Part shown: one piece after another, positions 15,001-25,355 of the stretch
Layout: each line of letters begins with the position of its first letter
How positions within the stretch are numbered: the first letter of the stretch is position 1
DNA from: Balanoglossus misakiensis
Lineage: Eukaryota; Animalia; Hemichordata
Length of the DNA stretch: 64,000 bases
NCBI GenBank assembly: GCA_040954595.2
Contig: CM082594.2
Location: forward strand, 886,247 to 950,246
Reading direction: 5' to 3'
Position numbers and translations under genes: made by a program
Notes under the pieces: generated by a model
What the model saw: the letters and a program-made list of their open reading frames with translations, nothing else
What the model was told of the DNA's origin: nothing
The model's database searches: none

Positions 15001-18000
15001 GCCTGACTGTCGCCTGTCTTAGGTCACCACTTCATAAGCGGTCTTACCCGTCATTGGCACATACAGTCTCAGGAAGTTAGCTTTCAGCCTACCAATGTAG
15101 CTATTATATTTTCCACTTTTTGTAAGTGAAGCCTTACTGTCGCCTGTCTTAGGTTACCACTTCATAAGAGGTCTTACCCGTCATTGGCACAAACAGTCTC
15201 AGGAAGTAAGCTTTCAGCCTACCAATGTAGCTATTGTATTTTCAACTTTTTGTAAGTGAAGCCTGACTGTCGCCTGTCTTAGGTCACCACTTCATAAGAG
15301 GTCTTACCCGTCATTGGCACAAACAGACAGGAAGTAAGCTTTCAGCCTACCAATGTAGCTTTTGTATTTTCAACTGTTTGTAAGTGAAGCCTGACTGTCG
15401 CCTGTCTTAGGTCACCACTTCATAAGCGGTCTTACCCGTCATTGGCACAAACAGTCTCAGGAAGTAAGCTTTCAGCCTACCAATGTAGCTATTGTATTTT
15501 CCACTTTTTGTAAGTGAAGCCTGACTGTTGCCTGTCTTAGGTCACCACTTCATAAGTGTTCTTACCCGTCATTGGCACAAACAGTCTCAGGAAGTAAGCT
15601 TTCAGCCTACCAATGTAGCTATTATATTTTCCACTTTTTGTAAGTGAAGCCTGACTGTCGCCTGTCTTAGGTCACCACTTCATAAGCGGTCTTACCCGTC
15701 ATTGGCACAAACAGTCTCAGGAAGTTAGCTTTCAGCCTACCAATGTAGCTATTATATTTTCCACTTTTTGTAAGTGAAGCCTGACTGTCGCCTGTCTTAG
15801 GTCACCACTTCATAAGAGGTCTTACCCGTCATTGGCACAAACAGTCTCAGGAAGTAAGCTTTCAGCCTACCAATGTAGCTATTGTATTTTCAACTTTTTG
15901 TAAGTGAAGCCTGACTGTCGCCTGTCTTAGGTCACCACTTCATAAGAGGTCTTACCCGTCATTGGCACAAACAGACAGGAAATAAGCTTTCAGCCTACCA
16001 ATGTAGCTATTGTATTTTCCACTTTTTGTAAGTGAAGTCTGACTGTCGCCTGTCTTAGGTCACCACTTCATAAGAGGTCTTACCCGTCATTGGCACAAAC
16101 AGTCTCAGGAAGTAAGCTTTCAGCCTACCAATGTAGCTATTATATTTTCCACTTTTTGTAAGTGAAGCCTGACTGTCGCCTGTCTTAGGTCACCACTTCA
16201 TAAGCGGTCTTACCCGTCATTGGCACAAACAGTCTCAGGAAGTAAGCTTTCAGCCTACCAATGTAGCTATTGTATTTTCCACTTTTTGTAAGTGAAGCCT
16301 GACTGTCGGCTGTCTTAGGTCACCACTTCATAAGCGGTCTTACCCGTCATTGGCACAAACAGTCTCAGGAAGTAAGCTTTCAGCCTACCAATGTAGCTAT
16401 TGTATTTTCCACTTTTTGTAAGTGAAGCCTGACTGTCGCCTGTCTTAGGTCACCACTTCATAAGTGTTCTTACCCGTCATTGGCACAAACAGTCTCAGGA
16501 AGTAAGCTTTCAGCCTACCAATGTAGCTATTATATTTTCCACTTTTTGTAAGTGAAGCCTGACTGTCGCCTGTCTTAGGTCACCACTTCATAAGCGGTCT
16601 TACCCGTCATTGGCACAAACAGTCTCAGGAAGTTAGCTTTCAGCCTACCAATGTAGCTATTATATTTTCCACTTTTTGTAAGTGAAGCCTGACTGTCGCC
16701 TGTCTTAGGTCACCACTTCATAAGAGGTCTTACCCGTCATTGGCACAAACAGTCTCAGGAAGTAAGCTTTCAGCCTACCAATGTAGCTATTGTATTTTCA
16801 ACTTTTTGTAAGTGAAGCCTGACTGTCGCCTGTCTTAGGTCACCACTTCATAAGAGGTCTTACCCGTCATTGGCACAAACAGACAGGAAATAAGCTTTCA
16901 GCCTACCAATGTAGCTATTGTATTTTCCACTTTTTGTAAGTGAAGCCTGACTGTCGCCTGTCTTAGGTCACCACTTCATAAGAGGTCTTACCCGTCATTG
17001 GCACAAACAGTCTCAGGAAGTAAGCTTTCAGCCTACCAATGTAGCTATTATATTTTCCACTTTTTGTAAGTGAAGCCTGACTGTCGCCTGTCTTAGGTCA
17101 CCACTTCATAAGCGGTCTTACCCGTCATTGGCACAAACAGTCTCAGGAAGTAAGCTTTCAGCCTACCAATGTAGCTATTGTATTTTCCACTTTTTGTAAG
17201 TGAAGCCTGACTGTCGCCTGTCTTAGGTCACCACTTCATAAGCGGTCTTACCCGTCATTGGCACAAACAGTCTCAGGAAGTAAGCTTTCAGCCTACCAAT
17301 GTAGCTATTGTATTTTCCACTTTTTGTAAGTGAAGCCTGACTGTCGCCTGTCTTAGGTCACCACTTCATAAGAGGTCTTACCCGTCATTGGCACAAACAG
17401 TCTCAGGAAGTAAGCTTTCAGCCTACCAATGTAGCTATTATATTTTCCACTTTTTGTAAGTGAAGCCTGACTGTCGCCTGTCTTAGGTCACCACTTCATA
17501 AGAGGTCTTACCCGTCATTGGCACAAACAGACAGGAAGTAAGCTTTCAGCCTACCAATGTAGCTTTTGTATTTTCAACTGTTTGTAAGTGAAGCCTGACT
17601 GTCGCCTGTCTTAGGTCACCACTTCATAAGAGGTCTTACCCGTCATTGGCACAAACAGTCTCAGGAAGTAAGCTTTCAGCCTACCAATGTAGCTATTATA
17701 TTTTCCACTTTTTGTAAGTGAAGCCTGACTGTCGCCTGTCTTAGGTCACCACTTCATAAGCGGTCTTACCCGTCATTGGCACAAGCAGTCTCAGGAAGTA
17801 AGCTTTCAGCCTACCTATGTAGCTATTGTATTTTCCACTTTTTGTAAGTGAAGCCTGACTGTCGCCTGTCTTAGGTCACCACTTCATAAGCGGTCTTACC
17901 CGTCATTGGCACAAACAGTCTCAGGAAGTAAGCTTTCAGCCTACCAATGTAGCTATTGTATTTTCCACTTTTTGTAAGTGAAGCCTGACTGTCGCCTGTC

Positions 18001-19703
18001 TTAGGTCACCACTTCATAAGTGTTCTTACCCGTCATTGGCACAAACAGTCTCAGGAAGTAAGCTTTCAGCCTACCAATGTAGCTATTATATTTTCCACTT
18101 TTTGTAAGTGAAGCCTGACTGTCGCCTGTCTTAGGTCACCACTTCATAAGCGGTCTTACCCGTCATTGGCACATACAGTCTCAGGAAGTTAGCTTTCAGC
18201 CTACCAATGTAGCTATTATATTTTCCACTTTTTGTAAGTGAAGCCTTACTGTCGCCTGTCTTAGGTTACCACTTCATAAGAGGTCTTACCCGTCATTGGC
18301 ACAAACAGTCTCAGGAAGTAAGCTTTCAGCCTACCAATGTAGCTATTGTATTTTCCACTTTTTGTAAGTGAAGCCTGACTGTCGCCTGTCTTAGGTCACC
18401 ACTTCATAAGAGGTCTTACCCGTCATTGGCACAAACAGACAGGAAGTAAGCTTTCAGCCTACCAATGTAGCTTTTGTATTTTCAACTGTTTGTAAGTGAA
18501 GCCTGACTGTCGCCTGTCTTAGGTCACCACTTCATAAGCGGTCTTACCCGTCATTGGCACAAACAGTCTCAGGAAGTAAGCTTTCAGCCTACCAATGTAG
18601 CTATTGTATTTTCCACTTTTTGTAAGTGAAGCCTGACTGTTGCCTGTCTTAGGTCACCACTTCATAAGTGTTCTTACCCGTCATTGGCACAAACAGTCTC
18701 AGGAAGTAAGCTTTCAGCCTACCAATGTAGCTATTATATTTTCCACTTTTTGTAAGTGAAGCCTGACTGTCGCCTGTCTTAGGTCACCACTTCATAAGCG
18801 GTCTTACCCGTCATTGGCACAAACAGTCTCAGGAAGTTAGCTTTCAGCCTACCAATGTAGCTATTATATTTTCCACTTTTTGTAAGTGAAGCCTGACTGT
18901 CGCCTGTCTTAGGTCACCACTTCATAAGAGGTCTTACCCGTCATTGGCACAAACAGTCTCAGGAAGTAAGCTTTCAGCCTACCAATGTAGCTATTGTATT
19001 TTCAACTTTTTGTAAGTGAAGCCTGACTGTCGCCTGTCTTAGGTCACCACTTCATAAGAGGTCTTACCCGTCATTGGCACAAACAGACAGGAAATAAGCT
19101 TTCAGCCTACCAATGTAGCTATTGTATTTTCCACTTTTTGTAAGTGAAGTCTGACTGTCGCCTGTCTTAGGTCACCACTTCATAAGAGGTCTTACCCGTC
19201 ATTGGCACAAACAGTCTCAGGAAGTAAGCTTTCAGCCTACCAATGTAGCTATTATATTTTCCACTTTTTGTAAGTGAAGCCTGACTGTCGCCTGTCTTAG
19301 GTCACCACTTCATAAGCGGTCTTACCCGTCATTGGCACAAACAGTCTCAGGAAGTAAGCTTTCAGCCTACCAATGTAGCTATTGTATTTTCCACTTTTTG
19401 TAAGTGAAGCCTGACTGTCGGCTGTCTTAGGTCACCACTTCATAAGCGGTCTTACCCGTCATTGGCACAAACAGTCTCAGGAAGTAAGCTTTCAGCCTAC
19501 CAATGTAGCTATTGTATTTTCCACTTTTTGTAAGTGAAGCCTGACTGTCGCCTGTCTTAGGTCACCACTTCATAAGTGTTCTTACCCGTCATTGGCACAA
19601 ACAGTCTCAGGAAGTAAGCTTTCAGCCTACCAATGTAGCTATTATATTTTCCACTTTTTGTAAGTGAAGCCTGACTGTCGCCTGTCTTAGGTCACCACTT
19701 CAT
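1..19703. repeat. 130-bp tandem satellite array, domain A
   Basis: Monomer CCCGTCATTGGCACAAACAGTCTCAGGAAGTAAGCTTTCAGCCTACCAATGTAGCTATTATATTTTCCACTTTTTGTAAGTGAAGCCTGACTGTCGCCTGTCTTAGGTCACCACTTCATAAGCGGTCTTA recurs at 1, 131, 261 and onward with few substitutions. A 128-bp variant (AAACAGACAGGAA) recurs on average about every 5 monomers from ~1830. Confidence 0.99.
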
Positions 19704-20184
19704 GAAACAGTATAGAAAACATTTTCCAATTTCCGAAAAGTAGCCGTTTTTTAAACTTTTTTCAAGGAAATTAGTGTTTTGTTCACAGTACAATATATTT
19801 CGATATTTTTCTATGATTATTTTCAAGATGTTTGCGAGTGTGCAGAAAGAAAAGAATAAACTGTGAAATTTCCATAGAAATAATGAAGGAGCCATCTTTA
19901 GGTTGTATGGATTTGAATATTTCATTGAAAAAAACTAATAACTAAATTATGAATTCAATTAATAGTACAATTTGCAAAAAATTGCTAGTCACTCCAGAAG
20001 GGTCAGTGCTTGTAAATGTGAGAGCCTGGAAATTTCCAAGCACTGACAAGGGTCAGTGGTCGGAAATTTCCAGACACTCAGGGAATGTGAGAGCCTGGAA
20101 ATTTCCAAGCACTGACAAGGGTCAGTGGTCGGAAATTTCCAGACACTCAGGGAATGTGAGAGCTTAGAAATTTCCAAGCACTGA
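19704..20184 (+). mobile_element. Truncated copy of the left end of the TIR element (left TIR, AT-rich segment, ~2.5 copies of the 69-bp unit)
   Basis: Matches 22484-22964 apart from one SNP that I saw (CTTGTAAATG vs CTTGGAAATG). It has the same CACTTCAT|GAAACAGT junction and ends abruptly at GCACTGA|AGGAAGTAAGC back into satellite. Confidence 0.93.
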
Positions 20185-22483
20185 AGGAAGTAAGCTTTCA
20201 GCCTACCAATGTAGCTATTGTATTTTCCACTTTTTGTAAGTGAAGCCTGACTGTCGCCTGTCTTAGGTCACCACTTCATAAGAGGTCTTACCCGTCATTG
20301 GCACAAACAGTCTCAGGAAGTAAGCTTTCAGCCTACCAATGTAGCTATTATATTTTCCACTTTTTGTAAGTGAAGCCTGACTGTCGCCTGTCTTAGGTCA
20401 CCACTTCATAAGAGGTCTTACCCGTCATTGGCACAAACAGACAGGAAGTAAGCTTTCAGCCTACCAATGTAGCTTTTGTATTTTCAACTGTTTGTAAGTG
20501 AAGCCTGACTGTCGCCTGTCTTAGGTCACCACTTCATAAGAGGTCTTACCCGTCATTGGCACAAACAGTCTCAGGAAGTAAGCTTTCAGCCTACCAATGT
20601 AGCTATTATATTTTCCACTTTTTGTAAGTGAAGCCTGACTGTCGCCTGTCTTAGGTCACCACTTCATAATCGGTCTTACCCGTCATTGGCACAAACAGTC
20701 TCAGGAAGTAAGCTTTCAGCCTACCAATGTAGCTATTGTATTTTCCACTTTTTGTAAGTGAAGCCTGACTGTCGCCTGTCTTAGGTCACCACTTCATAAG
20801 CGGTCTTACCCGTCATTGGCACAAACAGTCTCAGGAAGTAAGCTTTCAGCCTACCAATGTAGCTATTGTATTTTCCACTTTTTGTAAGTGAAGCCTGACT
20901 GTCGCCTGTCTTAGGTCACCACTTCATAAGTGTTCTTACCCGTCATTGGCACAAACAGTCTCAGGAAGTAAGCTTTCAGCCTACCAATGTAGCTATTATA
21001 TTTTCCACTTTTTGTAAGTGAAGCCTGACTGTCGCCTGTCTTAGGTCACCACTTCATAAGCGGTCTTACCCGTCATTGGCACATACAGTCTCAGGAAGTT
21101 AGCTTTCAGCCTACCAATGTAGCTATTATATTTTCCACTTTTTGTAAGTGAAGCCTTACTGTCGCCTGTCTTAGGTCACCACTTCATAAGAAGTCTTACC
21201 CGTCATTGGCACAAACAGTCTCAGGAAGTAAGCTTTCAGCCTACCAATGTAGCTATTGTATTTTCAACTTTTTGTAAGTGAAGCCTGACTGTCGCCTGTC
21301 TTAGGTCACCACTTCATAAGAGGTCTTACCCGTCATTGGCACAAACAGACAGGAAGTAAGCTTTCAGCCTACCAATGTAGCTTTTGTATTTTCAACTGTT
21401 TGTAAGTGAAGCCTGACTGTCGCCTGTCTTAGGTCACCACTTCATAAGCGGTCTTACCCGTCATTGGCACAAACAGTCTCAGGAAGTAAGCTTTCAGCCT
21501 ACCAATGTAGCTATTGTATTTTCCACTTTTTGTAAGTGAAGCCTGACTGTTGCCTGTCTTAGGTCACCACTTCATAAGTGTTCTTACCCGTCATTGGCAC
21601 AAACAGTCTCAGGAAGTAAGCTTTCAGCCTACCAATGTAGCTATTATATTTTCCACTTTTTGTAAGTGAAGCCTGACTGTCGCCTGTCTTAGGTCACCAC
21701 TTCATAAGCGGTCTTACCCGTCATTGGCACAAACAGTCTCAGGAAGTTAGCTTTCAGCCTACCAATGTAGCTATTGTATTTTCCACTTTTTGTAAGTGAA
21801 GCCTGACTGTCGCCTGTCTTAGGTCACCACTTCATAAGAGGTCTTACCCGTCATTGGCACAAACAGTCTCAGGAAGTAAGCTTTCAGCCTACCAATGTAG
21901 CTATTGTATTTTCAACTTTTTGTAAGTGAAGCCTGACTGTCGCCTGTCTTAGGTCACCACTTCATAAGAGGTCTTACCCGTCATTGGCACAAACAGACAG
22001 GAAATAAGCTTTCAGCCTACCAATGTAGCTATTGTATTTTCCACTTTTTGTAAGTGAAGTCTGACTGTCGCCTGTCTTAGGTCACCACTTCATAAGAGGT
22101 CTTACCCGTCATTGGCACAAACAGTCTCAGGAAGTAAGCTTTCAGCCTACCAATGTAGCTATTATATTTTCCACTTTTTGTAAGTGAAGCCTGACTGTCG
22201 CCTGTCTTAGGTCACCACTTCATAAGCGGTCTTACCCGTCATTGGCACAAACAGTCTCAGGAAGTAAGCTTTCAGCCTACCAATGTAGCTATTGTATTTT
22301 CCACTTTTTGTAAGTGAAGCCTGACTGTCGGCTGTCTTAGGTCACCACTTCATAAGCGGTCTTACCCGTCATTGGCACAAACAGTCTCAGGAAGTAAGCT
22401 TTCAGCCTACCAATGTAGCTATTATATTTTCCACTTTTTGTAAGTGAAGCCTGACTGTCGCCTGTCTTAGGTCACCACTTCAT
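20185..22483. repeat. 130-bp satellite block between the two TIR-element copies (domain A variants)
   Basis: Same monomer. The order of variants parallels ~17275-19703. Confidence 0.98.
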
Positions 22484-22485
22484 GA

Positions 22486-22519
22486 AACAGTATAGAAAAC
22501 ATTTTCCAATTTCCGAAAA
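22486..22519 (+). repeat. Left TIR (34 bp) AACAGTATAGAAAACATTTTCCAATTTCCGAAAA
   Basis: Exact reverse complement of 25322-25355. A second copy lies at 19706-19739. Confidence 0.95.
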
Positions 22520-22777
22520 GTAGCCGTTTTTTAAACTTTTTTCAAGGAAATTAGTGTTTTGTTCACAGTACAATATATTTCGATATTTTTCTATGATTAT
22601 TTTCAAGATGTTTGCGAGTGTGCAGAAAGAAAAGAATAAACTGTGAAATTTCCATAGAAATAATGAAGGAGCCATCTTTAGGTTGTATGGATTTGAATAT
22701 TTCATTGAAAAAAACTAATAACTAAATTATGAATTCAATTAATAGTACAATTTGCAAAAAATTGCTAGTCACTCCAG

Positions 22778-23464
22778 AAGGGTCAGTGCTTGGAAATGTG
22801 AGAGCCTGGAAATTTCCAAGCACTGACAAGGGTCAGTGGTCGGAAATTTCCAGACACTCAGGGAATGTGAGAGCCTGGAAATTTCCAAGCACTGACAAGG
22901 GTCAGTGGTCGGAAATTTCCAGACACTCAGGGAATGTGAGAGCTTAGAAATTTCCAAGCACTGACAAGGGTCAGTGGTCGGAAATTTCCAGACACTCAGG
23001 GAATGTGAGAGCCTGGAAATTTCCAAGCACTGACAAGGGTCAGTGGTCGGAAATTTCCAGACACTCAGGGAATGTGAGAGCCTGGAAATTTCCAAGCACT
23101 GACAAGGGTCAGTGGTCGGAAATTTCCAGACACTCAGGGAATGTGAGAGCTTAGAAATTTCCAAGCACTGACAAGGGTCAGTGGTCGGAAATTTCCAGAC
23201 ACTCAGGGAATGTGAGAGCCTAGAAATTTCCAAGCACTGACAGGGTTAGTGGCCGGAAATATCCAGTCACTCGGGGAATGTGAGAGCCTGGAAATTTCCA
23301 AGCACTGACAGGGTCAGTGGCCGGAAATATCCAGACACTCAGGGAATGTGAGAGCTTAGAAATTTCCAAGCACTGACAGGGTCAGTGGTCGGAAATTTCC
23401 AGACACTCGGGGAATGTGAGAGCCTGGAAATTTCCAAGCATTGACAGGGTCAGTGCTTGGAAAT
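22778..23464 (+). repeat. Left internal tandem array, ~10 copies of a 69-bp unit
   Basis: Unit GGGAATGTGAGAGCCTGGAAATTTCCAAGCACTGACAAGGGTCAGTGGTCGGAAATTTCCAGACACTCA recurs at 22861, 22930, 22999 and onward. The inner copies are 68 bp and more diverged. Confidence 0.96.
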
Positions 23465-23465
23465 C

Positions 23466-23620
23466 TTGAGTTTCTCTATCATGTTTCAAATTATGGCCTT
23501 TAGGAAAACGATCTGTTGAGGAACTTCGCCTGTATTTATATCTTCAACCCTACGGATGAGTTTGGTCGTTTGACTGCGGTGGCCTCTTCTGCTGTTCTTC
23601 TCTCTCTCCATGCCCGACAT
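23466..23620 (-). pseudogene. Putative BEL/Pao gag N-terminal fragment
   Basis: An ATG overlapping the PBS end (CCAGG-ATG) reads MSGMEREKNSRRGHRSQTTKLIRRVEDINTGEVPQQIVFLKAII*NMIEKLK. The RxGHRxxxTKL pattern resembles BEL/Pao Gag N-termini as I recall them (not database-checked). It is cut off by the 69-bp array. Confidence 0.5.
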
Positions 23621-23636
23621 CCTGGTCTCGGCACCA
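23619..23636 (-). other. Putative tRNA-His primer-binding site (TGGTGCCGAGACCAGGAT)
   Basis: An 18-nt TGG-initiated motif on the minus strand, 5 nt after a ...GGTACA LTR-like 3' end. The plus strand ATCCTGGTCTCGGCACCA resembles a tRNA-His 3' end (..CACGGCACCA). Confidence 0.65.
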
Positions 23637-23641
23637 ACAAA

Positions 23642-23904
23642 TGTACCGCGTACACTTGGGAATAGGTTCGGAATGAAGAGAGAGGGGCGGGATGGCCAAT
23701 ACTTCTTTATATACAGTGGTTTGAACTGTGACATTTGGTAACACTGCATAATTCAAGAACAATAGCATTTGGTAGTTGTGAAGTTGTGACTTTGTATACA
23801 GAGTAGAAAGAACAATTGTGTCAGATAAACAATACCAATTCCCAATAAACAACTAGTGTATGGGCTAACTCAGAGGAGTTGGTAGGCGAAGCCTGTCATG
23901 AACA
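23642..23904 (-). mobile_element. Putative 5' LTR remnant upstream of the PBS (far boundary uncertain; could extend to ~24351)
   Basis: The minus strand ends in ACA just before the PBS, with a TATATAAAG polyA/TATA-like motif ~60 nt upstream. Candidate TGT starts are at 23904 or 24351. There is no second LTR in the window to confirm it. Confidence 0.35.
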
Positions 23905-23914
23905 TTGTGACGCT

Positions 23915-24302
23915 AAGGCTCCTTAGACAAACCTGGTGCGTCTGCGGTCCAGATCCGTACCAGAGCTTTTCGCCGAAATTCGTTTTTATCGGGAGAATAT
24001 CCTTTCCCTGTCTACTAACCGGTTATAACTGCGATTGACTTCTTCTAACATCCGAACCGCTCGCTTTCTGAAACTTTTGTGTTTACCCATTGAGATAACC
24101 TCACTGTATTCAATATGGCGATCTCAACAGGTAAACACAAGAGAAAATCAGAAAGCGAGCGGCTCGGAAGTTAATTACATCATATTTGGAGTCATTTGTG
24201 GGTAGACGGGGGAAAGATTCCCCCCGATAAAATCCAATCTCGGCCGAAAAGCTGCTGTCCGGATCCGGATCTCAGACGAATCAGTTTTGTCCATGGAGCC
24301 TT
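23915..24302. repeat. ~390-bp imperfect palindrome (diverged MITE-like foldback) inside the TIR element
   Basis: The arms pair as AAGGCTCC/GGAGCCTT, AGCTTTTCG/CGAAAAGCT, TTTTATCGGG/CCCGATAAAA, CCGCTCGCTTTCTGA/TCAGAAAGCGAGCGG, TTGTGTTTACC/GGTAAACACAA and TTGAGAT/ATCTCAA around a 24-nt loop (24097-24120). Confidence 0.88.
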
Positions 24303-24370
24303 GCAGAGATGTGGTGGAAGCCGTGTATTAAACGCCGGGAGAACGCAGACATGTACGGAGGACTACCACG

Positions 24371-24830
24371 ACCCTGTCAGTGCTTGGAAAGTTCAAGGCT
24401 CTCACATTCCCTGAGTGTCTGGAAATTTCCGACCACTGACCCTTGTCTGTGCTTGGAAATTTCTAAGCTCTCACATTCCCTGAGTGTTTGGAAATTTCCG
24501 ACCACTGACCCTTGTCAGTGCTTGGAAATTTCCAGGCTCTCATATTCCCTGAGTGTCTGGAAATTTCCGACCACTGACCCTTGTCAGTGCTTGGAAATTT
24601 CCAGGCTCTCACATTCCCTGAGTGTCTGGAAATTTCCGACCACTGACCCTTGTCAGTGCTTGGAAATTTCCAGGCTCTCACATTCCCTGAGTGTCTGGAA
24701 ATTTCCGACCACTGACCCTTGTCAGTGCTTGGAAATTTCCAGACTCTCACATTCCCTGAGTGTCTGGAAATTTCCGACCACTGACCCTTGTCAGTACTTG
24801 GAAATTTCCAAGCTCTCACATGCCACTGAC
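24371..24830 (-). repeat. Right internal tandem array, ~7 copies of the 69-bp unit in inverted orientation
   Basis: Reverse complement of the left array (CTCTCACATTCCCTGAGTGTCTGGAAATTTCCGACCACTGACCCTTGTCAGTGCTTGGAAATTTCC), period 69. Confidence 0.96.
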
Positions 24831-25321
24831 TCTTTCCAAGTATTTTAGCCGCAAAATATGGATTTGTCAATGAGCAGTGCTTATTTCCTAAAATTCATAC
24901 GAAATCCAACGGATTTGTGTGATACGGATATTAATCTAACAATTCTTGTAATAAATATTGGGTTTCAGATTTACTTTTTGATGCTATTGTTTTTTCTGGC
25001 GAAATTTTACAAACAATTCACACACTTGCAAATTTTCAATAGAAATATTACTCATGATAAACATGGAGACAAAATTTCATTAGAAAAAAATCAAAAGGAC
25101 TGTCATGTACGTGGCTTTGAAGGAGACTCAGTTTTTTCACAGATAAATTTTAATTTTAGTTTAAAGCCAAAATATGACAAAATGCATTTTTCCTGCTGTA
25201 CAGCTGCAGGAAAGAGACTAAGAATACCATTATGTAATTTTTTCATTAGAAATTGGCAAAGAATGGGGAATATTTTCATAAATTTCTAACTTTTTCAGCA
25301 GTAATTATGTAAAAAAGAGGT

Positions 25322-25355
25322 TTTTCGGAAATTGGAAAATGTTTTCTATACTGTT
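25322..25355 (-). repeat. Right TIR (34 bp)
   Basis: TTTTCGGAAATTGGAAAATGTTTTCTATACTGTT, followed directly by satellite ATAAGCGG. Confidence 0.95.

Larger units (their letters stand above)
22486..25355. mobile_element. Non-autonomous TIR DNA transposon-like element (foldback/Pack-like, ~2.87 kb); superfamily unassigned
   Basis: Perfect 34-bp terminal inverted repeats. It is inserted in a satellite monomer with flanks CACTTC-ATGA...ATAA-GCGG (a 4-bp TSD with one mismatch, or AT plus filler). It has inverted internal arrays and no recognisable transposase ORF. Confidence 0.88.

Noticed and set aside
19704-20184. A third independent insertion at the hotspot
   Set aside because: The identical junction, including the ATGA variant, and the parallel flanking monomers indicate duplication of the same event.
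22729-24870. Repetitive ORFs (23-aa repeats) in the 69-bp arrays, also at 19949-20177
   Set aside because: They are an artefact of a unit length divisible by 3. They are open on both strands, broken by 68-bp units and stops, and show no domain signal.
24858-25289. 143-aa ORF (and the 77-aa ORFs at 19692-19925 and 22472-22705) as a transposase
   Set aside because: AT-rich, F/I/N/K-biased, with no DDE, THAP or zinc-finger motifs. The 77-aa ORFs run through the TIR into the satellite.
22488-25353. Tc1/mariner assignment from CAGT..ACTG
   Set aside because: The flanks are AA/TT (part of the inverted repeat), not a TA duplication.
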